Shown here piece after piece: positions 11,181-20,059 of a DNA stretch of 58,797 nt. Both the position numbers and the translations under genes were made by a program. This DNA is from Snowella sp. (GTDB lineage Bacteria; Cyanobacteriota; Cyanobacteriia; Cyanobacteriales; Microcystaceae), in contig JAYKGY010000035.1 of NCBI GenBank assembly GCA_035285545.1, positions 1 through 58,797 of the forward strand, read 5' to 3'. The notes beneath the pieces are model-generated. The model was not told where the DNA came from and did not search any database. It saw only the letters and a program-made list of their open reading frames with translations. Within the stretch, counting starts at the first letter, position 1. Every line of letters starts with the position of its first letter.

Positions 11181-11208
11181 AAAAGTCAACTTAATTAAAA
11201 GAACAACA

Positions 11209-11283
11209 ATGAATTATCGCCAACAAATTACCATTAACCCATCCATTCGTAATAGAATTTTGCTTAGGTTCATTATTGAATAG
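11209..11283 (+). pseudogene. N-terminal remnant of a DUF433-type antitoxin
   Basis: Translates MNYRQQITINPSIR, then diverges and stops at 24 aa; resembles the start of the DUF433 gene at 24158 (RITINPDVM). Confidence 0.5.
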
Positions 11284-11292
11284 CATTCACTC

Positions 11293-11520
11293 GTGTCTAA
11301 AAAAGATAAGCTACTTGAACTATTAAAGAATAGTCCCAATAACGCGAGATTTAGCGATATTTGCAAACTGCTAGAATTAGAAGGATTTTTCCTTGATCGT
11401 ATTACAGGTAGCCATCACATTTTTAAAAGAAATAATGTTGTTTTAGTCATACCTGTTCACAATAAAAAAGTAAAATCTGTTTATATTCGTCGTGTCCTTG
11501 AAATCATCGGAGAAAACTAA
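11293..11520 (+). CDS. hicA: HicA-family toxin
   Basis: 75 aa, basic, GSHHIF...IPVH dsRBD-like motif. Confidence 0.88.
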   Translation: MSKKDKLLELLKNSPNNARFSDICKLLELEGFFLDRITGSHHIFKRNNVVLVIPVHNKKVKSVYIRRVLEIIGEN

Positions 11521-11522
11521 AC

Positions 11523-11744
11523 ATGAATTATCCCATTGTTATTTATCCCTGTGAAGAAGGTGGTTTTGTTGCTGAAATTCCAGCCTTATCTGGTTGTTTA
11601 GCTCAGGGTGAAACCTTAGAAGAAACGCTACAGGAATTAATAACAATCAAAGATTTATGGTTAGAAACAGCCCAAAAGTATGGACAAAAACTACCTAATT
11701 TGGAAGCAGAGATGGCAAAAGTGAAAGCATTGAGTGTTGTATAA
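11523..11744 (+). CDS. hicB: HicB-family antitoxin (short form)
   Basis: GGFVAEIPALSGCLAQGETLEE; 2 bp downstream of hicA. Confidence 0.9.
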   Translation: MNYPIVIYPCEEGGFVAEIPALSGCLAQGETLEETLQELITIKDLWLETAQKYGQKLPNLEAEMAKVKALSVV

Positions 11745-11872
11745 AACCATTTGTTGAAAAAGCGATCGCTGGTAGGAAAGTCGATTTTTGGTAAATAGCG
11801 ATCGCGTTTTATCATCAAAGTGCAAGCACCGATCTTGTAGAGTGCGTCCCAAGCATTATTTGCAGTAAAACT

Positions 11873-12041
11873 AGGCATTTACATTGGCACTGATATTAAA
11901 CCCGTAGAAGGCCAACCCGAAGTTCCCGAAAAGTGGCGGGGCATTGGTATTCGCATTGAGGATGATGTTTTAGTAACAGAGCAAGGCCCAGAAGTTTTAA
12001 CGGCGGCTGTTCCGAAAGCGATCGAGAATTTGGAGAGCTAA
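11873..12041 (+). pseudogene. Duplicated 3' end of pepP (169 bp)
   Basis: Aligns without gaps to 11012-11180; about 18 mismatches by hand count, mostly synonymous. Confidence 0.95.
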
Positions 12042-12063
12042 AAAAAATCGTTGCCGTGAATCT

Positions 12064-12162
12064 GTCTAATATCGTATCTTAGGTTGATATACGGAATAAT
12101 TCTTTAAAAAATCCTTATTTGGATTAATATAGAGAAAAATTCTGTATAATACTTAGTTATGC
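12064..12162. repeat. Long imperfect hairpin with attC-like ends
   Basis: GTCTAAT ... TATACGGAAT(12088-97)/ATTCTGTATA(12139-48), inner AATCC/GGATT ... GTTATGC. Confidence 0.5.
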
Positions 12163-12296
12163 AACTTGAGCAAGTTGTTGGGATATTCTCTGGGAACATC
12201 TGCAAGCAAAATCTAGATTTGAAGTTGACAGGAGTTTGTTCTTTCAGAAGCGTAGATCTACCCAGTTGCACTAACTAAAATAATTTTTCTATCATT

Positions 12297-12941
12297 ATGA
12301 CTAGTTCTTTCCCCAATTTCACGAAAAGTCTGAAGCAGTTTGCAGAAACTCTTTGGGATGATCCAGACTGGTACCTACGCCCTTTTGATGATAATGCTGT
12401 AGGCGACCCTAATTCCCTCAATGTTGTTGCTTGGCGTGCTCTGGCTCATGCTTATATAAACAAATCCCTTCAGCATTATGAAAAGCTTATTACGGTATGT
12501 GAATCGCCTATTGAGGAGATGATGCTCTGTGCACTGTGTATTGTCTGCCATGAAAACGCTGAGAGTGTGCGTTATCGAGTTCATGAACATGAGTTTGGAG
12601 ATCTTGAGCAAATCCTTGACTCGTTTCAGATTGAACCTCAAGCAGTTATTGAAAAATATCGAGTGGATTTTCGGCTTACTTATAGTGCTTATATTCGAGA
12701 CGAACCTCAAGGATCATCTTTTCAATGGCGTTCACAAGCAGTGATTATTGAATGTGATGGCCACGCTTTTCACGAAAAAACGCCTAACCAAGCTCAAAGA
12801 GACAAAGAGCGTGATAGGCATCTTCAGAAGCTTGGATATAAAGTGTTTCACTATACGGGAAGAGAAATATGGCGTGACATATTCAAATGTGCTCATGAAG
12901 CAGTTAAATCAATTCAAGAATCTGTTGGTGTTCCAGGTTAG
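12297..12941 (+). CDS. DUF559 / Vsr-like PD-(D/E)xK endonuclease domain protein
   Basis: ESPIE, YRVDF, IECDGHAFH, RDKERDRHLQKLGYKVFHYTG. Confidence 0.85.
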   Translation: MTSSFPNFTKSLKQFAETLWDDPDWYLRPFDDNAVGDPNSLNVVAWRALAHAYINKSLQHYEKLITVCESPIEEMMLCALCIVCHENAESVRYRVHEHEFGDLEQILDSFQIEPQAVIEKYRVDFRLTYSAYIRDEPQGSSFQWRSQAVIIECDGHAFHEKTPNQAQRDKERDRHLQKLGYKVFHYTGREIWRDIFKCAHEAVKSIQESVGVPG

Positions 12942-12945
12942 TGTA

Positions 12946-13050
12946 ATCGCCGAGCTTTTTGGATGATTACCTTAACACGCTTTTTCACTTTTAAGAATAA
13001 TTAATTTGTAATCCTTTAGCCTCCACATTGACAAACATCAAACTGCGATC
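12946..13050 (+). repeat. Inter-cassette repeat, copy A
   Basis: Aligns over ~100 bp to 14275-14371; shared AATTAATTTGTAAT and CACATTGACAAAC. Confidence 0.85.
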
Positions 13051-13165
13051 TTTCAACAAGTTATCCGTATAGAGATTGAAGCCACCTTGCTATGGATATC
13101 AAAGTTGTTATGTTGAGTAACTCAACAGGTTTTAATTACAGGATGAAGATACAGACTAACTATCA

Positions 13166-13441
13166 ATGCAATTTGAATGGAATCCAGACAAAGCAAGCTT
13201 AAACTTGAAAAAGCATGGTATTTCACTCCATGAGGCATCTACTGTTTTCAATGATCCCTTATCTGTGACATTTCCTGACCCCGATCATTCCTATGGTGAA
13301 GAGCGTTACGTTATCATTGGATTGTCAAGTGCTAGCCGTATTCTAATAGTTTCCCACACAGATCGAGGAAATCGAGTTCGGATTATTAGCGCACGAGAAG
13401 CAACCCGAAATGAACAGAGGTTTTACGAAGATGGAGAATAA
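13166..13441 (+). CDS. brnT: BrnT-family toxin
   Basis: FEWNPDKA..NLKKHGI, EERY..IG, RIISAR. Confidence 0.92.
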   Translation: MQFEWNPDKASLNLKKHGISLHEASTVFNDPLSVTFPDPDHSYGEERYVIIGLSSASRILIVSHTDRGNRVRIISAREATRNEQRFYEDGE

Positions 13442-13643
13442 TCACGAGTTAGAAGACGACTTAAGATCTGAGTATGACTTTAGCAAAATGGAAGGCGGGG
13501 TAAGAGGCAAATATGTAGACCGATATCGTGCTGGAACTAACTTGGTACTTCTTGATCCTGATGTTGCTCAAGCATTCCCGACAAGTGAGTCGGTAAATGA
13601 ATCACTTCGACTGCTCATGCAAATCGCCCAACGACAGATGTAA
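13431..13643 (+). CDS. BrnA-like antitoxin
   Basis: DDLRSEYDFS..GVRGKY, LDPDVAQAFP...VNESLR; overlaps the brnT end. Confidence 0.85.
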   Translation: MENNHELEDDLRSEYDFSKMEGGVRGKYVDRYRAGTNLVLLDPDVAQAFPTSESVNESLRLLMQIAQRQM

Positions 13644-13683
13644 TACTTTGGGCTATGTATTGAAAAAATCAAAACGCGATCGC
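13639..13683 (+). repeat. Inter-cassette repeat, copy C (right half, ending in HIP1)
   Basis: TGTAATACTTTGGGCTATGTATTGAAAAAATCAAAACGCGATCGC versus TGTAATACTTTGGACTACACATTGACAAACTTAAAACGCC in copy B. Confidence 0.75.
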
Positions 13684-13700
13684 GTTCTATGCTTTAGATT

Positions 13701-14027
13701 TTATTGGCTATCTAAACTCAACGCAAAAATAATTGCTTGCCGTATCTCGTCCATAATCTTTTCTGACAATTCACCTAACTTTCGCTCCAGCCTAACTCTA
13801 GGAATAGAACCAATTCCTTGAACATTTGCGAAAGAATCTTCCTTCAAAAAGGGGAGTTTAGGTAACGGAATCTCATACTGACTTTTTCGATATTGAGTTG
13901 TTAATGGCACATAAATAATTAAAGCCCTTGGTGGATTAGAATCATAACGAGACACCACAACAACTGGACGAGTTTTTGCTGCCAGTCCTAAATCAGCGAG
14001 CCATACCTCACCAGGTTTAGTGTTCAT
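13701..14027 (-). CDS. mazF: PemK/MazF-family toxin
   Basis: PGEVWLADLG..AKTRPVVVVS, VPLTT. Confidence 0.9.
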   Translation of the reverse strand: MNTKPGEVWLADLGLAAKTRPVVVVSRYDSNPPRALIIYVPLTTQYRKSQYEIPLPKLPFLKEDSFANVQGIGSIPRVRLERKLGELSEKIMDEIRQAIIFALSLDSQ

Positions 14028-14193
14028 CTAACAAATCCAAAACTTCTTGTTCAATGGTACGCGATCGAAGAAGCTCAATCGCATCTTGATCTGCCAATTC
14101 GATAATTTCTTCAATCTTTTGTCTAACCTGAGTAACAATATTCGGTTGCCACTCCCGAAGCTTGAGGTCTAATTTCTCTGCTAAAGAATCCAT
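14017..14193 (-). CDS. Putative antitoxin of MazF (58 aa, absent from the ORF track)
   Basis: Hand translation MDSLAEKLDLKLREWQPNIVTQVRQKIEEIIELADQDAIELLRSRTIEQEVLDLLDEH; acidic; overlaps the mazF start by 11 bp. Confidence 0.8.
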   Translation of the reverse strand: MDSLAEKLDLKLREWQPNIVTQVRQKIEEIIELADQDAIELLRSRTIEQEVLDLLDEH

Positions 14194-14271
14194 AAATGTA
14201 TTGTTAATTCACTTTTTTAAGCGTAGCATTAGCGTTAAAGGCTCGCCATTTTTGTTGAAATCATTATAAGC

Positions 14272-14371
14272 GCGATCGCCGATCTTGTAGGATGTCTTCT
14301 TTAAAGCATTTTTTTAGTTTAAAGAAAATTAATTTGTAATACTTTGGACTACACATTGACAAACTTAAAAC
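14272..14371 (+). repeat. Inter-cassette repeat, copy B (starting with HIP1)
   Basis: GCGATCGCCGATCTTGTAGG... aligns to copies A and C and partly to 11829-11860 and 48920-48939. Confidence 0.85.
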
Positions 14372-14502
14372 GCCATGCCTTTTGATAAGAAAAAACTTAT
14401 ATATGATAATATGACAGTGAAAATGGGAAAAGGGCGCAGTAACGATTTTTCACTTTGTAACAAGATCAAATGACCACAAATTCAGGCATAGATAGAAAAC
14501 AA

Positions 14503-14744
14503 ATGGTTACAGTTCTTAACAAACCTTCATCACTAATTCATGAAATTCAACTTGAAAAAGTTGGTAACTGGAATTTATTCAAATTTAACGAATCTCTGCA
14601 ACTGCGGATGGAAAGCCTGCTAAAAAAAAGAAAGCCGAGCAGATGTCTCTAGACGAAATCGCCGAATTGGAAACAATTGGAGAATTAGATCGCATTTTTA
14701 CTCATATCAACGCAATGCTGGCTGCTCAAAATGCCAATCAGTGA
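14503..14744 (+). pseudogene. Frameshifted small acidic protein (partner of the HNH gene)
   Basis: Frame shift in the A8 run at 14622-14629; the other frame continues KKAEQMSLDEIAELETIGELDRIFTHINAMLAAQNANQ* and overlaps the HNH start. Confidence 0.7.
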
Positions 14745-14961
14745 TGAACTCAAGCAGGCTATTCGGGAACGAGCTAAATATCTTTGCGAGTATTGCCATT
14801 CTCCAGAACGATTGAGTGCTAATCGGTTTACCATTGATCACCCCATTCCTGTATCGTTGGGCGGTTCCGATAATCTTAATGATTTTGCACTTGCTTGTCA
14901 GCAATGTAATGAGAGGCGTTACAACTTTGTGGCTGGTATTGATTTAGAATTGCCGCTCTGA
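14731..14961 (+). pseudogene. HNH endonuclease, probably C-terminally truncated
   Basis: CEYCH, FTIDHPIP..LGG, ALACQQCN; ends abruptly at 76 aa. Confidence 0.75.
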
Positions 14962-15042
14962 ACAAAAGCGAGATCCTCACGTTTCCTATGCACCGTATAA
15001 TAGGAAGCTTGGCAAAGTATTAATTTTACGCGCGCTCTAGCA

Positions 15043-16269
15043 ATGGCTCTTGTAACCTCTAATTCTTCTCTAGACTGGCTCAATCGCGGAACCCACGAAA
15101 TTTTTCCCCATCAAGTTGATTCTAAAGACCTTGAAGAAAATCTTGCCCAATTGATTGCCCAGAGCGATCGCCCCCTTCGCATTAAATTAGGCATTGACCC
15201 CACAGGAACGGATATTCATTTGGGGCATAGTATCCCTTTTCGGAAATTGCGGGCGTTTCAGGATGCAGGGCACATTGCAGTTGTCATTATTGGCGACTTT
15301 ACAGCTCAAATCGGTGACCCGACAGGAAAATCAGAGGTTCGTAAACAGTTAACTGCCGATCAGGTGCGGAGTAATGCCCAAAATTACTTAGAACAATTGC
15401 GGCCTATTTTAGATTTTGATACCCCAGGGCGTTTAGAGATTTTTTATAACAGCGATTGGTTGAGTCAATTAAACTTGGTGAAAATTCAGGAACTCTTGGC
15501 AACCATGACTGTTGGGCAAATGTTGGCTAAAGAAGGCTTTTCGGAACGCTTTGAACGGGAAAACCCTATTTATCTCCATGAGTTTCTTTATCCCTTGATG
15601 CAGGGTTACGATTCGGTTATGGTTGAAGCGGATGTAGAGTTAGGCGGAACGGATCAAAAGTTTAATATTGCCGTTGGGCGAGATTTACAGCGTCATTTTA
15701 ATAAGAAACCCCAATTCGGGTTACTGTTGCCTATTTTAATCGGGACAGATGGTAGCCAAAAAATGTCCAAGTCTTTGAATAATTATGTAGGACTCAGGGA
15801 AGATGCCCTATCCATGTATTCCAAGTTGGAAAAGACACCTGATGCGTTGATTCGGGATTATTTTGAGTTACTAACCGATTACCCATTAAATAATATTCCT
15901 GAAAATCCCCGCGAAGCCCAAAAGGTTTTGGCCCTTGAAATCGTTGCCCAATTTCATGGGAAAGATGCTGCCTTAGAAGCTCAGAAAACGGCTCAGGAGC
16001 TAGTTATTCAAGGTAATGTAACGAATTCGGAAAGCATCCCTGACTTTTCCCTTTCTAATGTCACCTTTCCTGCCAAGTTATTTTATTTACTTAGTGCCAG
16101 TGGTCTGTGTGCCAGTAGCGGCGAGGGTCGTCGGCAGATTCAAGGCGGATCAGTGCGGCTAGACGGCGATCGCGTAACAGAAGTCGATTTAACCTTTACC
16201 AGTCCCGACGAATTGGATAATAAAGTTCTACAAGTCGGCAAGAAAAAATTTATTCGCTTAGTTGCCTAA
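15043..16269 (+). CDS. tyrS: Tyrosyl-tRNA synthetase
   Basis: [33 protein letters not shown]-terminal S4 domain. Confidence 0.97.
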   Translation: MALVTSNSSLDWLNRGTHEIFPHQVDSKDLEENLAQLIAQSDRPLRIKLGIDPTGTDIHLGHSIPFRKLRAFQDAGHIAVVIIGDFTAQIGDPTGKSEVRKQLTADQVRSNAQNYLEQLRPILDFDTPGRLEIFYNSDWLSQLNLVKIQELLATMTVGQMLAKEGFSERFERENPIYLHEFLYPLMQGYDSVMVEADVELGGTDQKFNIAVGRDLQRHFNKKPQFGLLLPILIGTDGSQKMSKSLNNYVGLREDALSMYSKLEKTPDALIRDYFELLTDYPLNNIPENPREAQKVLALEIVAQFHGKDAALEAQKTAQELVIQGNVTNSESIPDFSLSNVTFPAKLFYLLSASGLCASSGEGRRQIQGGSVRLDGDRVTEVDLTFTSPDELDNKVLQVGKKKFIRLVA

Positions 16270-16274
16270 TCTGA

Positions 16275-16868
16275 TTAAGTTTCTTGAGTCGGTTCGATAA
16301 TGGAAAATTCTACGTCTTCATAGAGTTCCGTTAAATTTAGCCTTAAATCAAGACTTTGAAAGTAAATATCAGGATTGAGGGGTGTATGGCTCTGGTAAAA
16401 CCAGTAATTGGTACTATCTCGCTGATAAATTTCAAGGCGTTTTTTTTTGCTATCAATCAGAACATACTCTTGCAAACTGTCTAGACTTTGATAGTCATTA
16501 AATTTATCGCCGCGATCAAAAGCTTCGGTGCTATCGGAAAGAACTTCGACAATCAGTTTCGGAAAGCGTTTATAGGTATTCGTTTCGCGATCTTGAGGAT
16601 CACAGGTAATGAGAAGATCGGGATAATAAAAGCAATTTCGTTTTTCCAGTTTCGCCTTAATATCTGCAAAATAAACACGGCAATTTGTTCCCCGTAGATG
16701 ATTGCGAATTAAGGTATATAAATTGCCTGCAATGGTGTTATGGTTATCTGTCGTTCCTGCCATTGCGTAAGTTTGCCCATTAATATATTCGTGTTTAATG
16801 GGGCTATTTTCTTCGAGGTTTAGATATTCTTCAGGCGTAAGGTGATAGGAATCAGCAAGGGCGATCAT
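16275..16868 (-). CDS. Uma2-family endonuclease (DUF820)
   Basis: HEYING...MAG, YYPD, VEVLSDST...DRGDKF..Y, LQEYVLI. Confidence 0.92.
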   Translation of the reverse strand: MIALADSYHLTPEEYLNLEENSPIKHEYINGQTYAMAGTTDNHNTIAGNLYTLIRNHLRGTNCRVYFADIKAKLEKRNCFYYPDLLITCDPQDRETNTYKRFPKLIVEVLSDSTEAFDRGDKFNDYQSLDSLQEYVLIDSKKKRLEIYQRDSTNYWFYQSHTPLNPDIYFQSLDLRLNLTELYEDVEFSIIEPTQET

Positions 16869-16910
16869 AAGCTTTACACGCTTAATTTCAATTCAATACC
16901 ATCATTTTAA

Positions 16911-16938
16911 TAAAAAGTCCCCCAACGTTTGGAGGACT
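16911..16938 (-). terminator. Intrinsic terminator after sat
   Basis: Minus strand AGTCCTCCAA-ACG-TTGGGGGACT followed by a T-run. Confidence 0.7.
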
Positions 16939-16952
16939 AAACATTTTATTCC

Positions 16953-18125
16953 TTACTTTTGAGCTTGCATTGCCCGAATCAGTTCAGCCGCTACTTCAGG
17001 GCGAGAAAATTCTGGGGGTGGTAATTGGCCGCTACGGAGTAACTCCCGAACTTTGGTTCCTGATAAATGAATGCGGTCTTCTGGGCCGCTGGGACTGGTT
17101 TTGGTGGTTGCCATTTGCTGCGATTTTTTACAGTAAAAGGCGTGTTCAAACATCATCGGCACAATTCCCAACTCCCCTGGCTGGAACTTATCGAAAATAT
17201 ATTGAGCGTCATAGGTTCCGTAATAGTCGCCTACGCCTGCATGATCACGACCGACGATGAAGTGAGTGCAACCGTAGTTTTTGCGAATTAAGGCATGGAA
17301 AATGGCTTCCCTGGGGCCGGCATAGCGCATAGCAGAAGGATTAATTCCTAAAATGACGCGATCGCGGGGATAGTAATGTTCTAAAATAATTTCATAACAA
17401 CGCATCCGTACATCAGCAGGAATATCATCTTCCTTGGTTGCACCGACGAGGGGATGTAAGAATAAACCATCAACCACTTCCATTGCACACTTTTGGATAT
17501 ATTCATGGGCGCGGTGAATGGGGTTACGGGTTTGGAAGCCGACGATAGTTTTCCAACCTTGTTCTTTAAAACGTTTACGAGATTCGGCGGGATCGATTTG
17601 GTATTTCGGAAAAAGGGGATGGGGGTCACGTTCTAATAACCAGATAGGCCCGGCTAAATTGATTGGCCCTTGTTCATAAACCACTTTAACGCCAGGGTGT
17701 TTAATATCATCGGTGAGATAAACGTTAACGGCTTCGTGGGCTTTGACGTAATGATATTTTTGCGTCAGTTCTAAGACCCCAATAAAACGACCTGTTGAAT
17801 CATCTAAGCGAACCCAATTACCTTCTTTTAACGGAGCCGCGACTTCTTCACTGACCGAAAGGGTGATAGGAATCGACCAGGGCAATCCATTGGTCAAGTA
17901 CATATCTTCGACGACTTTTTCATAGTCTGCCTGTTCCATAAAACCCTTAAGCGGGCTAAAGCCCCCGATCGCGATCATGACGAGATCCGAGACGGCCCGT
18001 TCATCCAGTTGCACACGGGGCAAGGTATCTGCTTGAGCTAAAAATTCTTCTTTTTCCGCAGGAGTCGCAACACGATTAACCAGTTGGCCACCGTGAGGCG
18101 CAATTCCATCAAATTGTGTACTCAT
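16953..18125 (-). CDS. sat: Sulfate adenylyltransferase
   Basis: [38 protein letters not shown]. Confidence 0.97.
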   Translation of the reverse strand: MSTQFDGIAPHGGQLVNRVATPAEKEEFLAQADTLPRVQLDERAVSDLVMIAIGGFSPLKGFMEQADYEKVVEDMYLTNGLPWSIPITLSVSEEVAAPLKEGNWVRLDDSTGRFIGVLELTQKYHYVKAHEAVNVYLTDDIKHPGVKVVYEQGPINLAGPIWLLERDPHPLFPKYQIDPAESRKRFKEQGWKTIVGFQTRNPIHRAHEYIQKCAMEVVDGLFLHPLVGATKEDDIPADVRMRCYEIILEHYYPRDRVILGINPSAMRYAGPREAIFHALIRKNYGCTHFIVGRDHAGVGDYYGTYDAQYIFDKFQPGELGIVPMMFEHAFYCKKSQQMATTKTSPSGPEDRIHLSGTKVRELLRSGQLPPPEFSRPEVAAELIRAMQAQK

Positions 18126-18261
18126 AAATTCTTCAGATTAGGTCGGGATTAACCCCATTAATTTTTAAGTTTCGGCACTGAAACAGGTGTTGCGGCTATT
18201 TTACCAAAGCCCGTGTCTTCTTTTTTGATGGAGTTATCGCGATCAATCATTGTTCTCTTTA

Positions 18262-19239
18262 TCAAGACACTGTTTTTTGGGGTGCGTAACTTCTATAACA
18301 TTGATGATGCTCACAGGTTAAAGCGGGATTTCCCGTTTCTAACTGAATCGTCGTATGTTTAATCCCAAAATTCTTTTGTAAATCCTGATTAATTTTTAAT
18401 AAAAAAGTATCATCCAATTCATGATGGGGAATGACTAAATGGGCGGTTAGGGCGATTTCTGTGGTACTCATGGCCCAGATATGAAGATCATGGAGATCCT
18501 GAACATTAGGGAGTTCTTGTAAATAGGTTTGTACCGCATGAAATTCAATATCATTGGGGACAGCATCCAGTAACAAACTAACGGAATCTTTCAATAAATT
18601 CCAAGTTCCTACAAAAATTAAAATGGTAATGATTAAACTCATGACGGGATCAAGCCAATACCAACGGGTTACCATAATGCCCACTGCTCCTAAGACAACC
18701 CCCAAAGAAACCAAGGCATCTGTAAGCATGTGTAGAAAAACGCCTTTAATATTGAGATCGGTTTGATGATCTTTGGCAAATAACCAAGCCGTAAATCCAT
18801 TACAAATCATGCCGATCGCGGCCACAATGATCACCACTCCTTCCTTGAGTTCAGGGGGATTTTGTAAACGGTGGATGGCTTCTAGGGCGATCGCGCCCAG
18901 GGCAATCATAATTAAACAGGCATTGAGTAGAGCCGCCAAAATTGAAGAACGCCTTAATCCGTAGGTATAACGCGCCGTAGGACGACGAAGAACCAGCCAA
19001 CTCGCGCCCCAGGCAATGACTAACCCAATCACATCACCTAAATTGTGGCCTGCATCGGCTAATAGGGCAAGGGAGTTACTCAATAGGCCAAAGATAATCT
19101 GAACGGCAACAATAATGACATTGAGAATAAAACCAATCAAAAATGCCCGATTATAATTGACTGGCCCGTGATGATGGCCAGAATGGGAATGCTCCTTGTG
19201 TGCATGATGGGGATGGTGATGTTCCGCGTTATTTGCCAC
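18262..19239 (-). CDS. Cation diffusion facilitator (CzcD/ZitB-like)
   Basis: His-rich N-terminus, SLALLADAGHN..D, HM..D, HDLHIW, HTTIQ.E. Confidence 0.93.
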   Translation of the reverse strand: MANNAEHHHPHHAHKEHSHSGHHHGPVNYNRAFLIGFILNVIIVAVQIIFGLLSNSLALLADAGHNLGDVIGLVIAWGASWLVLRRPTARYTYGLRRSSILAALLNACLIMIALGAIALEAIHRLQNPPELKEGVVIIVAAIGMICNGFTAWLFAKDHQTDLNIKGVFLHMLTDALVSLGVVLGAVGIMVTRWYWLDPVMSLIITILIFVGTWNLLKDSVSLLLDAVPNDIEFHAVQTYLQELPNVQDLHDLHIWAMSTTEIALTAHLVIPHHELDDTFLLKINQDLQKNFGIKHTTIQLETGNPALTCEHHQCYRSYAPQKTVS

Positions 19240-20035
19240 TCAGACTTCTCGCTTTATAAAACGTCTCTAAACTATCGCGATCGCCGACATATCGCCAATG
19301 CCAAGGTTCATAGCTAACGCCCTGGGGATTATTGGGGGTAAATGACATTTCAAAACTGTAACGGGCTGCATTTTTATCGAGCCATTTAAATGCCGGTGTT
19401 TGTTCAAAACGTTGACTAAGATGGGTTTGCGAATTGCGACCATCGCCAATATCGATAGCATAACCCGTGTGATGTTCACTATAACCTGGCGGGGCACTGA
19501 CTTCAGCCCGTTTCCGTGCATCCTGCGATCGCTGTTGTTTAACCCCAAAAAAGAGATTATCTTGTTCATTGATTCCCCGAAACCCTGAGATCGGAACTAA
19601 GGAAATACCATTAGCTTTAGCATCCCGTTGCATCTGGAGAAATTGCTTAGCCGCCGCTGTACGCAGTCGAATACGACCATCAGGCGTAATGGGTTTAAGT
19701 TCACTCGCTGGAGCTTCAGGATAGGGTAAATGGCCCAACACATTATCCACTTCAGGGGTCGGGGAAGACTCCGGTGTTGGGGATGTATTGGGAGAGGCAG
19801 AAGTCACAGGCCCATTGTTTAAAAAAGAAAAGGGCCGCCAGATCATCAAAACTGCCAAAATAATTAAAATTCCTGAGCTAATTAACCCCAAACTGGCCAT
19901 TAGGGGAAGCAGTGAACGATCGACCGATGGAGTTGTGGGTCTATCCCGTAGGACTTCAGGAATTTCTTCCCAACTGCGGGCCTTACTCTTTCTTCTACCG
20001 TTTTTATCTTTCCCCTGCATGGTATCAAGAGACAA
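19229..20035 (-). CDS. M15B D-alanyl-D-alanine carboxypeptidase (VanY-like)
   Basis: SGFR, SAPPGYSEHHTGYAID, EPWHWRY; N-terminal TM segment. Confidence 0.92.
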   Translation of the reverse strand: MSLDTMQGKDKNGRRKSKARSWEEIPEVLRDRPTTPSVDRSLLPLMASLGLISSGILIILAVLMIWRPFSFLNNGPVTSASPNTSPTPESSPTPEVDNVLGHLPYPEAPASELKPITPDGRIRLRTAAAKQFLQMQRDAKANGISLVPISGFRGINEQDNLFFGVKQQRSQDARKRAEVSAPPGYSEHHTGYAIDIGDGRNSQTHLSQRFEQTPAFKWLDKNAARYSFEMSFTPNNPQGVSYEPWHWRYVGDRDSLETFYKARSLSGK

Positions 20036-20059
20036 TGTGCTTGTCCCTAACGTAAGAGC

